This document shows, in pieces, positions 1 through 7,408 of a stretch of DNA of 64,000 nucleotides; the first letter of the stretch is position 1; every line of letters begins with the position of its first letter. The position numbers and the translations under genes are program-made. The DNA comes from a virus. Below the pieces are notes generated by a model that saw nothing but the letters and a program-made list of their open reading frames with translations, was not told the origin of the DNA and searched no databases. The stretch lies in IMG/VR virus record IMGVR_UViG_3300025138_000013; one strand, 5' to 3'.

Positions 1-11
1 GATTATCTAAT

Positions 12-275
12 ATGAAATATTCAAAAAAAAGTGTAACCCCAAAACATACCACGGATTGGTATGTTAAGTGGTTGGCATGTGTATTCGTTCTTGCAGCGAT
101 GTCTCTAAGAGGTATCGATGGCATGGCACATTATGACTTAGGTCTTTCCATGGTTGGAATTGCACTTTGGTTATGGGTATCATTCTTATGGAACGATAGG
201 GCATTGATATTACTTAATGCAGTAGGTCTACTATTTTTAATTAAGAATGCCTTGACAATGGCCCTGGCTTTTTGA
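12..275 (+). CDS. small membrane protein, unknown function
   Basis: 87-aa ORF with about three hydrophobic segments. Confidence 0.6.
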   Translation: MKYSKKSVTPKHTTDWYVKWLACVFVLAAMSLRGIDGMAHYDLGLSMVGIALWLWVSFLWNDRALILLNAVGLLFLIKNALTMALAF

Positions 276-281
276 TATACT
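252..281 (+). promoter_or_regulatory. sigma70-type early promoter
   Basis: TTGACA (252-257), 18-nt spacer, TATACT (276-281) upstream of a run of small ORFs. Confidence 0.6.
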
Positions 282-314
282 ATGTATATAATGAAAAATA
301 ACAAGGAACAAATT

Positions 315-662
315 ATGAGAAACCAATATGTAATCACCACCCAAAATGTCGAAGAGTACGGCACTAACTTTCACAAGTTCAAGGGGGGTTCTGATTATGT
401 CATCGGTTTCGATGTGGAGACCCTCGTGTACGAGGAGAACGCATATGGTGAGGGTGAACACTCTTACTACCATTCACCTAGTTTGACTGAGGCTAGTGCA
501 GCTGCATTGGTCATGAAACATGTCAACAGGTACAATGGCCTGAGTGGGTCATTCGACTACATCACTTCAATCGAAGTGGTTGATAGTCCTTTCGATACAC
601 CCGACCATGCTACATGGCAGGGTGATGTAACAGAATTAATAAGTGAGGTAAATTCAATATGA
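315..662 (+). CDS. hypothetical early protein
   Basis: ORF 282-662; ATG at 315 follows AAGGA and is the likelier start. Confidence 0.6.
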   Translation: MRNQYVITTQNVEEYGTNFHKFKGGSDYVIGFDVETLVYEENAYGEGEHSYYHSPSLTEASAAALVMKHVNRYNGLSGSFDYITSIEVVDSPFDTPDHATWQGDVTELISEVNSI

Positions 663-1018
663 TAATTAAAGAATATGAAGTAGATGATGTAGGTGTTGGT
701 GGCACCTCTCTCAAAGGATACTTAACAACCACCTATGACACCCTTGTAGGTCTTTTAGGAAAACCGACTTACATGGATGCAGACCCATATGCAAAAGTTA
801 ATTGTGAATGGTGTCTAACTGTGAAGTACTTCGAAGACGAAGGTATGGAAGAGTATGACTATGACTATGAGACAGTCACAATTTATAACTGGAAGGACGG
901 ACATGTCCCTCTTAACGAGTGTTCATGGCACGTAGGTGGAAAATCCTACAATGCTACGGAACTCGCGCAAATGATTGTAGATGGTGGTATCAAAGCCGAA
1001 TACAATGCAAATTCATAG
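659..1018 (+). CDS. hypothetical early protein (acidic)
   Basis: 119-aa ORF, GAGG SD, ATGA overlap with previous ORF. Confidence 0.7.
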   Translation: MIIKEYEVDDVGVGGTSLKGYLTTTYDTLVGLLGKPTYMDADPYAKVNCEWCLTVKYFEDEGMEEYDYDYETVTIYNWKDGHVPLNECSWHVGGKSYNATELAQMIVDGGIKAEYNANS

Positions 1019-1027
1019 GAGATTAAA

Positions 1028-1240
1028 ATGAGTTTAGATTACGAAAATGCAAAACTAATTGCACACTGCACAGGCGGTAAATTATCAGCTGACGAGGTTA
1101 TGAACCTTGCTGAGTATGGTACAACTAATGCAAACGACATGAACCCTAATCAAGGTGAATTGGATTTCGATGAGAACATATGTGTCTGTGGAGAAGAGGG
1201 TTGTGAAGATGAATATGCCCATACAACGAGTGGTTACTAA
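1028..1240 (+). CDS. hypothetical small protein with C-terminal CxC..C..H motif
   Basis: 70-aa ORF preceded by AGGAG. Confidence 0.65.
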   Translation: MSLDYENAKLIAHCTGGKLSADEVMNLAEYGTTNANDMNPNQGELDFDENICVCGEEGCEDEYAHTTSGY

Positions 1241-1241
1241 T

Positions 1242-1340
1242 ATGGATATTGGTTTAACATTAGTTGTGGGGTTTATGTGTGTAATGTGCTTAGCAGTTGC
1301 TAAGATTCTTATGGAAGATGATGATGATTATAGAAACTAA
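1242..1340 (+). CDS. small single-TM peptide
   Basis: MDIGLTLVVGFMCVMCLAVAKILMEDDDDYRN; ATG one base after the previous stop. Confidence 0.45.
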   Translation: MDIGLTLVVGFMCVMCLAVAKILMEDDDDYRN

Positions 1341-1563
1341 AGAATATGCCAATGGTGTACAGGTTGTACACGAATTTCCTAACGGTTATGGTGCAAGTGT
1401 AATCAGACACGACTTCTCATATGGCGGTAAAGACGGTTTATGGGAAATGGCAGTTCTCAAAGAAGGAGATTTGTGTTATAATACACATATAACAAATGAT
1501 GTTATAGGTTATTTATCAGATGCAGACGTAAAAAGCACTCTGAAGGAGATAGAACAATTATGA
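1318..1563 (+). CDS. hypothetical phage protein
   Basis: FPNGYGASVI...SYGGKDGLWEMAVL motif seen in a common small phage protein; exact ATG uncertain (1318/1321/1324). Confidence 0.65.
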   Translation: MMMIIETKEYANGVQVVHEFPNGYGASVIRHDFSYGGKDGLWEMAVLKEGDLCYNTHITNDVIGYLSDADVKSTLKEIEQL

Positions 1564-1766
1564 GTAATTATCATTTAAACCAAAATCAGTTAAGTAGGGC
1601 CGATTTGCCTTTTGAACCAGCTGAGTGGTTTCCCGAATTAGATGAATTGCAAGAAAGTGGCGAAATCAACATGTTTGGAGCTCCCGAATGGTTGAGAATA
1701 AACTATGGGTTCAACAAAGAGCAATCTTTTGCCATTGTGAATGCATGGATGGAGTACAAATCATGA
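1560..1766 (+). CDS. hypothetical phage protein
   Basis: 68 aa, AAGGAG SD, LQESGEINMFGA motif. Confidence 0.65.
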   Translation: MSNYHLNQNQLSRADLPFEPAEWFPELDELQESGEINMFGAPEWLRINYGFNKEQSFAIVNAWMEYKS

Positions 1767-2287
1767 AAATACCAAATTCTGAATCTAAATGGTTCATCCC
1801 TATGCATATGGCCTTGATGACTATGACCCTTATTGGCGTTATTTTCGTTCAGAAGGCTTTTGCATCCGACCCAAACGGTGATATCTATTGCATGGCAAAA
1901 AATATTTACTTCGAGGCGGGAAATCAGCCTCTTGCAGGAAAAATAGCGGTGGCACAGGTTGTTCAAAATCGTGTTTCGAGTCTTGACTACCCCGATGACA
2001 TTTGTGGAGTGGTTTATCAGGCCCAATGGAAGACAAATTGGAACGGTACGTATGTACCAGTTAGAAACAAGTGTCAATTTTCGTGGTTTTGTGATGGAAA
2101 GTCAGATGTACCCGAAGATAGTGCAACTTGGGAGTTATCTCTTGACACTGCAAGACAAGTTATATGGGAAAAGTACGGTGACATCACAGAAGGTGCCACA
2201 CATTACCATAATGACCAAGTTAACCCTTATTGGGCAGACTCATTAAACGAAACAGTAATTATTAATAATCATAAATTTTATAAATGA
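1763..2287 (+). CDS. SleB-like cell wall hydrolase (Hydrolase_2) with N-terminal membrane/signal segment
   Basis: CMAKNIYFEA..., AVAQVVQNRV, ICGVVYQ, CQFSW, GATHYH, HKFY motifs; ATG at 1763 after GGAG. Confidence 0.85.
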   Translation: MKIPNSESKWFIPMHMALMTMTLIGVIFVQKAFASDPNGDIYCMAKNIYFEAGNQPLAGKIAVAQVVQNRVSSLDYPDDICGVVYQAQWKTNWNGTYVPVRNKCQFSWFCDGKSDVPEDSATWELSLDTARQVIWEKYGDITEGATHYHNDQVNPYWADSLNETVIINNHKFYK

Positions 2288-2439
2288 CAGAAAATTCTAA
2301 AAGATGGCAAGACTCATCCACTGGTTGGGTTGACACTATGACAGAATCAAAAGAAAACAAAGAGGAATACACAAAGTATTTGTCAACAACAAAAAATCCA
2401 GTCCCTTATAGAGATTGGTTAAGAGAGATTAAAGAATGA
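2284..2439 (+). CDS. hypothetical 51-aa protein
   Basis: Fills the gap exactly, with ATGA overlaps at both ends (MTENSKRWQD...WLREIKE). Confidence 0.55.
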   Translation: MTENSKRWQDSSTGWVDTMTESKENKEEYTKYLSTTKNPVPYRDWLREIKE

Positions 2440-2972
2440 ACATATTTTACTTGCATGAAGAACCCGAAATCGCTGCAGAACTACATTGTGACAAACATGT
2501 ATGTAAAATGATTATAGAATATGCTCAGCTCTTATCAACTGCACATAGAATGTTAGATGGTAAACATTATATCGACGATTCTAGTGGACGTAGAATTCAA
2601 AGATGGAGACTTGAAGGTGAAATGGACAACTTATACAAGGCTTCACATGTCAATCACCCATCTAATATATGGGTTCGTGAGAACGCAGTTCACTATCAAT
2701 TCGTATATGACCTATTTGCAGCTTTATGTAAGGAATACACCTATCGTTATGCCAGGGCCCATTTAACAGAGACAAAACTACTAGATTTACTAAACCAGTT
2801 ACCAAACAATATTGACCTTTGTGCATGGAGAGAACCACCTCAGTGTATGCCAGATGATGTCAAAATGGTTTCGAGTATAGATGGTTACCATAAATACTAT
2901 AACAAATATAAAAAAGATTTTGCAGTATGGACTGCAAGACCGACACCCGAGTTTATGAATGCCTCTATATGA
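2436..2972 (+). CDS. pyrimidine-dimer DNA glycosylase / DenV-like family protein
   Basis: MNIFYL...HCDKHVCKMIIEYAQLLSTAH, YKASHVNHPSNIWVR motifs. Confidence 0.7.
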   Translation: MNIFYLHEEPEIAAELHCDKHVCKMIIEYAQLLSTAHRMLDGKHYIDDSSGRRIQRWRLEGEMDNLYKASHVNHPSNIWVRENAVHYQFVYDLFAALCKEYTYRYARAHLTETKLLDLLNQLPNNIDLCAWREPPQCMPDDVKMVSSIDGYHKYYNKYKKDFAVWTARPTPEFMNASI

Positions 2973-3264
2973 TTTTTTAAATAATGAAACTGGTGAAGTA
3001 GAAGAGCATAATATGTCTTATACAAAACTTGACCAATTCAAAGCAGATAACCCACACCTCAAACAACAGATTCTTGCAGCTCCTATGACCGTAGGTGGTC
3101 ATGGTGACAGAGTTAAAGTTGATGGTGGATTCAGTGACGTGCTTCAGAAGATTGCTTCTACTAATATCGATTCACCTATGGGTGAAAGATATCACAGGAA
3201 GGATACTAAAGAAGTGAAGACGCGAGAGATTGTCAAGAAGCATCTTGACCTACAAGGTAAATAA
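2959..3264 (+). CDS. FmdB-like small regulatory protein
   Basis: MPLYDF...TGEVEE N-terminus; usual neighbour of the exonuclease in T4-like phages. Confidence 0.55.
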   Translation: MPLYDFLNNETGEVEEHNMSYTKLDQFKADNPHLKQQILAAPMTVGGHGDRVKVDGGFSDVLQKIASTNIDSPMGERYHRKDTKEVKTREIVKKHLDLQGK

Positions 3265-3273
3265 GAGTATAAT
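3245..3273 (+). promoter_or_regulatory. sigma70-type promoter, likely giving a leaderless mRNA
   Basis: TTGACC-17 nt-TATAAT; ATG at 3279 lies at the expected start site. Confidence 0.65.
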
Positions 3274-3278
3274 AAACT

Positions 3279-3944
3279 ATGAGTGAATTATTAGAACTAT
3301 GGGAATTAGAACACCTAGACTTAAAGACCGTTCAAAAAGACGGTAAAAGATTTTATACGGATGGTACTGAATCATTTCATTACCCAAGTGTAACAACGGT
3401 TGTTGGTTTACTCAATAGAGAACATATCAAATTGTGGAGAGAACGAGTTGGTGAAGAAGAAGCAAATCGAATCTCAACTGGTGCAGCCAAACGTGGTACA
3501 TCATTCCACCAAGTCGTAGAGGATTACTTGAGACAAGAAAAAGAAGTAGTCTTTCAAGACCTTATAGAAGAAAACAGATTCAGAGGAGTTCAGCCAGTAC
3601 TAGATGAAATAGTACCAATCTGTTTAGAGGCACCTATGTTAAGTAACAAGTTGCAAATGGCTGGACGTGTAGATTGCATTGGAGTATTCGAAGATGCTTT
3701 ATCTATAATAGATTTTAAGACCTCTTCTTCCTTTAAAGAAGAGTATATGGCAAAACCTTGGTTCCTACAAATGACTGCATATGCAATCATGGTAGAAGAA
3801 CTAACAGGAACACCCATAGAAGAAATTACTGCAATAGTAAGTCTTGAAAATGGTAACTTTCAAATATTTTCTGCAGACCCTTGTGATTATGTAGATGAGT
3901 TATTTAAGTTAAGAGAACAATATTCGAACTTACATGGAGTATAA
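3279..3944 (+). CDS. PD-(D/E)XK exonuclease
   Basis: YPSVTTV, RGTSFH, AGRVDCI, IIDFKTS, QMTAYA motifs. Confidence 0.85.
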   Translation: MSELLELWELEHLDLKTVQKDGKRFYTDGTESFHYPSVTTVVGLLNREHIKLWRERVGEEEANRISTGAAKRGTSFHQVVEDYLRQEKEVVFQDLIEENRFRGVQPVLDEIVPICLEAPMLSNKLQMAGRVDCIGVFEDALSIIDFKTSSSFKEEYMAKPWFLQMTAYAIMVEELTGTPIEEITAIVSLENGNFQIFSADPCDYVDELFKLREQYSNLHGV

Positions 3945-3946
3945 AC

Positions 3947-4183
3947 GTGATTAGTAAAAAAGAATTTACAGAACAAGTTGAAAGATTATTGATAGGTGGT
4001 AAAACGGATGTTATGGGAGCAATCATAAAAGTTTGTGATGATAACAAAGTAGAACCCGAATCAGCAAAGAGGTTAATATCCCAACCTCTCAAAGAAAAGC
4101 TAGAAGCGGAAGCAACTGGTTTGAAAATGATAAACAGGGGTTCATCAGCACAAGGAACCATCACAGGTTTCTTTAACAAGTAG
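3947..4183 (+). CDS. gp33: late promoter transcription co-activator
   Basis: GTG start; AII..C.....EPE.AKRLISQPLKEKLEAEA; upstream of gp59/gp32 as in T4-like phages. Confidence 0.85.
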   Translation: MISKKEFTEQVERLLIGGKTDVMGAIIKVCDDNKVEPESAKRLISQPLKEKLEAEATGLKMINRGSSAQGTITGFFNK

Positions 4184-4189
4184 GTAATT

Positions 4190-4498
4190 ATGAAAAAAGG
4201 TGATATCGTCACGGTAGTGGCAATTAGTGGAGAGTATGTTGGAACATTTGACAATCAGTTAGATACAACCATTACATTAACTCAACCAAAAATGATAGTA
4301 TCCAATCCCGAAGGTGGAATGGGTTTTGCTAGAGGTGTGGCTGTAACTGGAGACGAAAATCCAACAGTCATCACATTTAATAATTATGTTTTTGCAACCG
4401 AATCTAATGAAGGCGTTCAAAATGCATATCTTATTGCAACAGGACAAAAAGAAGCTCCAAGAGTTGAAGTCCCAGCAGAGAAGAAGATTATTACTTAA
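4190..4498 (+). CDS. hypothetical protein (possible Sm-like fold)
   Basis: 102 aa, IVTVVAISGEYVG...P. Confidence 0.6.
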   Translation: MKKGDIVTVVAISGEYVGTFDNQLDTTITLTQPKMIVSNPEGGMGFARGVAVTGDENPTVITFNNYVFATESNEGVQNAYLIATGQKEAPRVEVPAEKKIIT

Positions 4499-5091
4499 TG
4501 ACTTCTAGAGAAGGCTATGATGCATACACGTTATACCTTGGGATAAAGTTACATTTTCATTCCAAGGATTATGACTTCGTTAAGTATAACGGAAAAGTGA
4601 AGTCAGACATCAAGTCATTTCTTAAACGTAAAGATAAATACCATTTTGGTAAACTGTACCGAACATACAAACAAGAATTACAAGATTTCTATATTGCAAA
4701 TCTATCATACAAAGATTTCTGGGCGGGTGACCTTCTAGATAAGGAATGTGATAAGAGATACAGAGAATGGAAGAAGAGAAATCAGAAGCTTGGTTACATG
4801 TTCGAAACAGAGGTTAGTGATTTGATACGAAAGTTCAAAATACAAACACAACTTAAAGTAGTCGACGGTCAACACCCTAGATTGCTTAAAGCTTACATGA
4901 GTAAGGATGTAAGTTTAGAAACCATTTGCATCATGGATGAGATAATTGGTTTCACGAAGGATTGGGAAACACTCATATCAGAACGAGTAGTATATCCCGA
5001 CTTACACATTAAGATAAACAAGTATAAGGCATTTATAACATATGACCATCAAAAATACAAGAACAAATTGTTAGAATTATGTCAGAAGTAA
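4498..5091 (+). CDS. gp59: helicase loader
   Basis: AYTLYLGIKLHF..KDYDFVKYNGK...FLKRKDKYHF, HPRLLK, SLET motifs. Confidence 0.9.
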   Translation: MTSREGYDAYTLYLGIKLHFHSKDYDFVKYNGKVKSDIKSFLKRKDKYHFGKLYRTYKQELQDFYIANLSYKDFWAGDLLDKECDKRYREWKKRNQKLGYMFETEVSDLIRKFKIQTQLKVVDGQHPRLLKAYMSKDVSLETICIMDEIIGFTKDWETLISERVVYPDLHIKINKYKAFITYDHQKYKNKLLELCQK

Positions 5092-5795
5092 CTATATTAG
5101 GAAACGGGCCCTCGAGAGAGGGGTTTGATATCTTAGGTTGCAACCACGAAGTGTGGGGTTGTAATGCAATCTATAGAGACACTAGTGCATGTGATATAGT
5201 GTTTGCAGTAGACATTGTCATGCAAGCAGAGATAGTCGAATCAGATTACTACAGAGGTAATCTAGTTGCATTTGCAGACATTGACCCATTACCGATTGAA
5301 ATGTTGGAATTGATGAAGCCGGGCTTTGAATATTCACACGAAGTAATCGTTACAACTAAACCCGACGATACACACTTCATCATACAAGGTGATGGAGAAA
5401 CTACAGATTTTTTGGGTCTAATACGACCCGAATTAATTGTCACTTATAATGACCCACTGTTGAGAAACCTGTTTACAGGGATGTCTGCATTAGGTTATGC
5501 GATGTTACACAATTACACAACTATTAATATGGTTGGTTTTGATGCATTGGAAGGTGACAGTGCTGGAAATATTTATGCTGGTAGTGAGAACTATACACAT
5601 AAATACAATGCAGACTCTAAAGTGCTTAACGCACAAAGGAGTCAGTTCATTGCACTCTTAAAGGAGTTCAATGATTGTTCAGTATATTTCAAAAACCCTC
5701 TAGACAAAGAAGGTGCAATACGATATAATGAACTACCTTATTATGAAATAAGTGAAGAATGGATTTTAGGTCAAGGCCTGAAGTCCGAAATATAA
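5079..5795 (+). CDS. putative Maf/CstII-like (CMP-sugar-dependent) glycosyltransferase-fold protein
   Basis: ILGNGPSR, GCNAIY, FAVD, TGMSALGYA, INMVGFD pattern. Confidence 0.45.
   Translation: MSEVTILGNGPSREGFDILGCNHEVWGCNAIYRDTSACDIVFAVDIVMQAEIVESDYYRGNLVAFADIDPLPIEMLELMKPGFEYSHEVIVTTKPDDTHFIIQGDGETTDFLGLIRPELIVTYNDPLLRNLFTGMSALGYAMLHNYTTINMVGFDALEGDSAGNIYAGSENYTHKYNADSKVLNAQRSQFIALLKEFNDCSVYFKNPLDKEGAIRYNELPYYEISEEWILGQGLKSEI
5701..5729 (+). promoter_or_regulatory. sigma70-type promoter for gp32
   Basis: TAGACA-17 nt-TATAAT. Confidence 0.6.
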
Positions 5796-5841
5796 AATTG
5801 TAATAAAATGCGATATAATTGTAATAAAATAGGAGAATACA

Positions 5842-6741
5842 ATGTCAAGTAGTTTAGATAAACTAAGAGCTGCAATGGAATCAGCTTCCCCAACAGGCGG
5901 AGAAAAAAAATCCTTTAATGACGATACTATGTGGAAACCCGAACTCGATAAGAGTGGTAACGGTTACGCTGTAGTTCGTTTCTTACCAACCCCCGAGGGT
6001 GAAGAGATGCCATGGGTATCATACTTCGACCACGGTTTCCAAGGGCCAGGTGGATGGTATATTGAGAAGTCTTTAACGACTCTTAATAAACAAGACCCTG
6101 TCTCTGAATACAATACCCAGTTATGGAATACAGGTGTTGAGGCAAACAAAGACCAAGCACGTAAACAGAAAAGACGTTTACATTATGTGTCTAACATCCT
6201 TGTTATATCAGACCCTAAAAATCCTGCTAACGAAGGTCAAGTATTCAAATATAGATATGGTAAAAAAATCTTTGAAGCACTCAAGGAAGCAATCTCACCA
6301 GCATTTGAAGATGAGAAAGCAATCAATCCTTTTGACCTCAGAGACGAAGGTGCTAATTTCAAAATCAAAATCCGTAAGGTTGATGGTTACTGGAATTATG
6401 ACAAATCTGAATTTGATTCAGTTGCACCTTTATTTGATGATGAGCAAAAGCTTGTAGATGTGGTAAACAACCTACATAGCTTAAGTGGAATTATTGCACC
6501 TAGTGAGTTTAAATCTTACGAAGAGTTAAAAGAGAAACTCGATAGAGTTCTCGGATTAACAGGTGCGGTAACTAACTCTACAGCTGAGTCAGTTGCAGAT
6601 GATATGGAAGAACTTCCATGGTCAGATGTTAACACGTCTCCAGTTGCAGAAGAACCTGTAGTTGCATCAGCAGAGTCAGCACCCCAAGTGGAAGAAGACG
6701 ATGCGATGGACTACTTTAAGAAACTTGCTGCTGATAGTTAG
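5842..6741 (+). CDS. gp32: single-stranded DNA-binding protein
   Basis: DKSGNGYAVVRFLP, HGFQGPGGWYIE, YGKKIF, NYDKSEF, acidic tail. Confidence 0.97.
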   Translation: MSSSLDKLRAAMESASPTGGEKKSFNDDTMWKPELDKSGNGYAVVRFLPTPEGEEMPWVSYFDHGFQGPGGWYIEKSLTTLNKQDPVSEYNTQLWNTGVEANKDQARKQKRRLHYVSNILVISDPKNPANEGQVFKYRYGKKIFEALKEAISPAFEDEKAINPFDLRDEGANFKIKIRKVDGYWNYDKSEFDSVAPLFDDEQKLVDVVNNLHSLSGIIAPSEFKSYEELKEKLDRVLGLTGAVTNSTAESVADDMEELPWSDVNTSPVAEEPVVASAESAPQVEEDDAMDYFKKLAADS

Positions 6742-6759
6742 TAGTTAGATTTCTTACAA

Positions 6760-6925
6760 TGGGGCAGTCGTGTTTATTCAAAATGTGTCCTTGAAAATAA
6801 GACGACTGCATCACTGAGACCGTGGAAAATGATTGGGGGTACTCAGTAAGGGAAAGGTCAATAGCATATAGCGGATTGGTCGGTGAAGAACGGGTTGCTG
6901 TAAGGCGTGGGGTGACTTCACATCT
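6760..6925 (+). ncRNA. candidate structured RNA (four stem-loops) upstream of bS21
   Basis: GC-richer intergenic region with stems GCAGTCGT/ACGACTGC, ACTGAG/CTCAGT, GGTCAAT/ATTGGTC, GTGAAG/CTTCAC and a GTAA tetraloop. Confidence 0.45.
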
Positions 6926-6939
6926 ATTAGAGAAAAATT

Positions 6940-7185
6940 ATGCCTAGTGTAACACCAAAAATAAATCCAAAGAATCGGAACGTAGAAGGGTTCGACCAAC
7001 TACTTCGCAGATTTAAAAAGGATTGTGAGAAAGCAGGTATAGTTCAAGAATGTCGTGATAGAAAGTATCACATCAAACCTAATACAATTAAGAACCAAAG
7101 AAATCAAGACTTAAAGAGACGTAAGAAGTTAGATGCAAAAAGAGCATCAATGGGTAGACGTGGATTCAGAGGGCCGTTAGGTTGA
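6940..7185 (+). CDS. rpsU: phage-encoded 30S ribosomal protein bS21
   Basis: EGFDQLLRRFKKDCEKAGIVQECRDRKYHIKP matches the bS21 consensus; basic C-terminus. Confidence 0.9.
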   Translation: MPSVTPKINPKNRNVEGFDQLLRRFKKDCEKAGIVQECRDRKYHIKPNTIKNQRNQDLKRRKKLDAKRASMGRRGFRGPLG

Positions 7186-7189
7186 TAAG

Positions 7190-7408
7190 ATGGCAAATCA
7201 ATGGCACGGTGGCAAAGGTTCTAAACGTAGAAACTCTAACGAGAAGTTATACTCAGACAACTGGGATAATATCTTTGGTAAAAAAACTGAAGTAAAAGTT
7301 AGAAAGGTTACACCTTCACATGGACTTACTCAAGTCCAAAAAGATAAAACAAAATATAACAGAAAGGCAATGACTAAAGCAGAAATGCTTAAGGGCCCTC
7401 TAATCTAA
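7190..7408 (+). CDS. small basic hypothetical protein
   Basis: 72 aa, GKGSKRR...NWDNIF; converges with the minus-strand block. Confidence 0.6.
   Translation: MANQWHGGKGSKRRNSNEKLYSDNWDNIFGKKTEVKVRKVTPSHGLTQVQKDKTKYNRKAMTKAEMLKGPLI

Noticed and set aside
3279-3944. Cas4 / CRISPR adaptation gene
   Set aside because: It lacks the four-Cys Fe-S pattern and any CRISPR context; it is an ordinary phage exonuclease.
6760-6925. tRNA, tmRNA or SRP RNA identity for the structured spacer
   Set aside because: No T-loop GTTCRA or CCA end, no tag reading frame and no SRP loop motif were seen.
6811-6999. 62-aa minus-strand ORF and similar antisense or alternate-frame ORFs across the window (e.g. 8538-9281, 28925-29656, 36107-36646)
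   Set aside because: They are shadows of well-supported genes, with no SD and no recognisable motifs.
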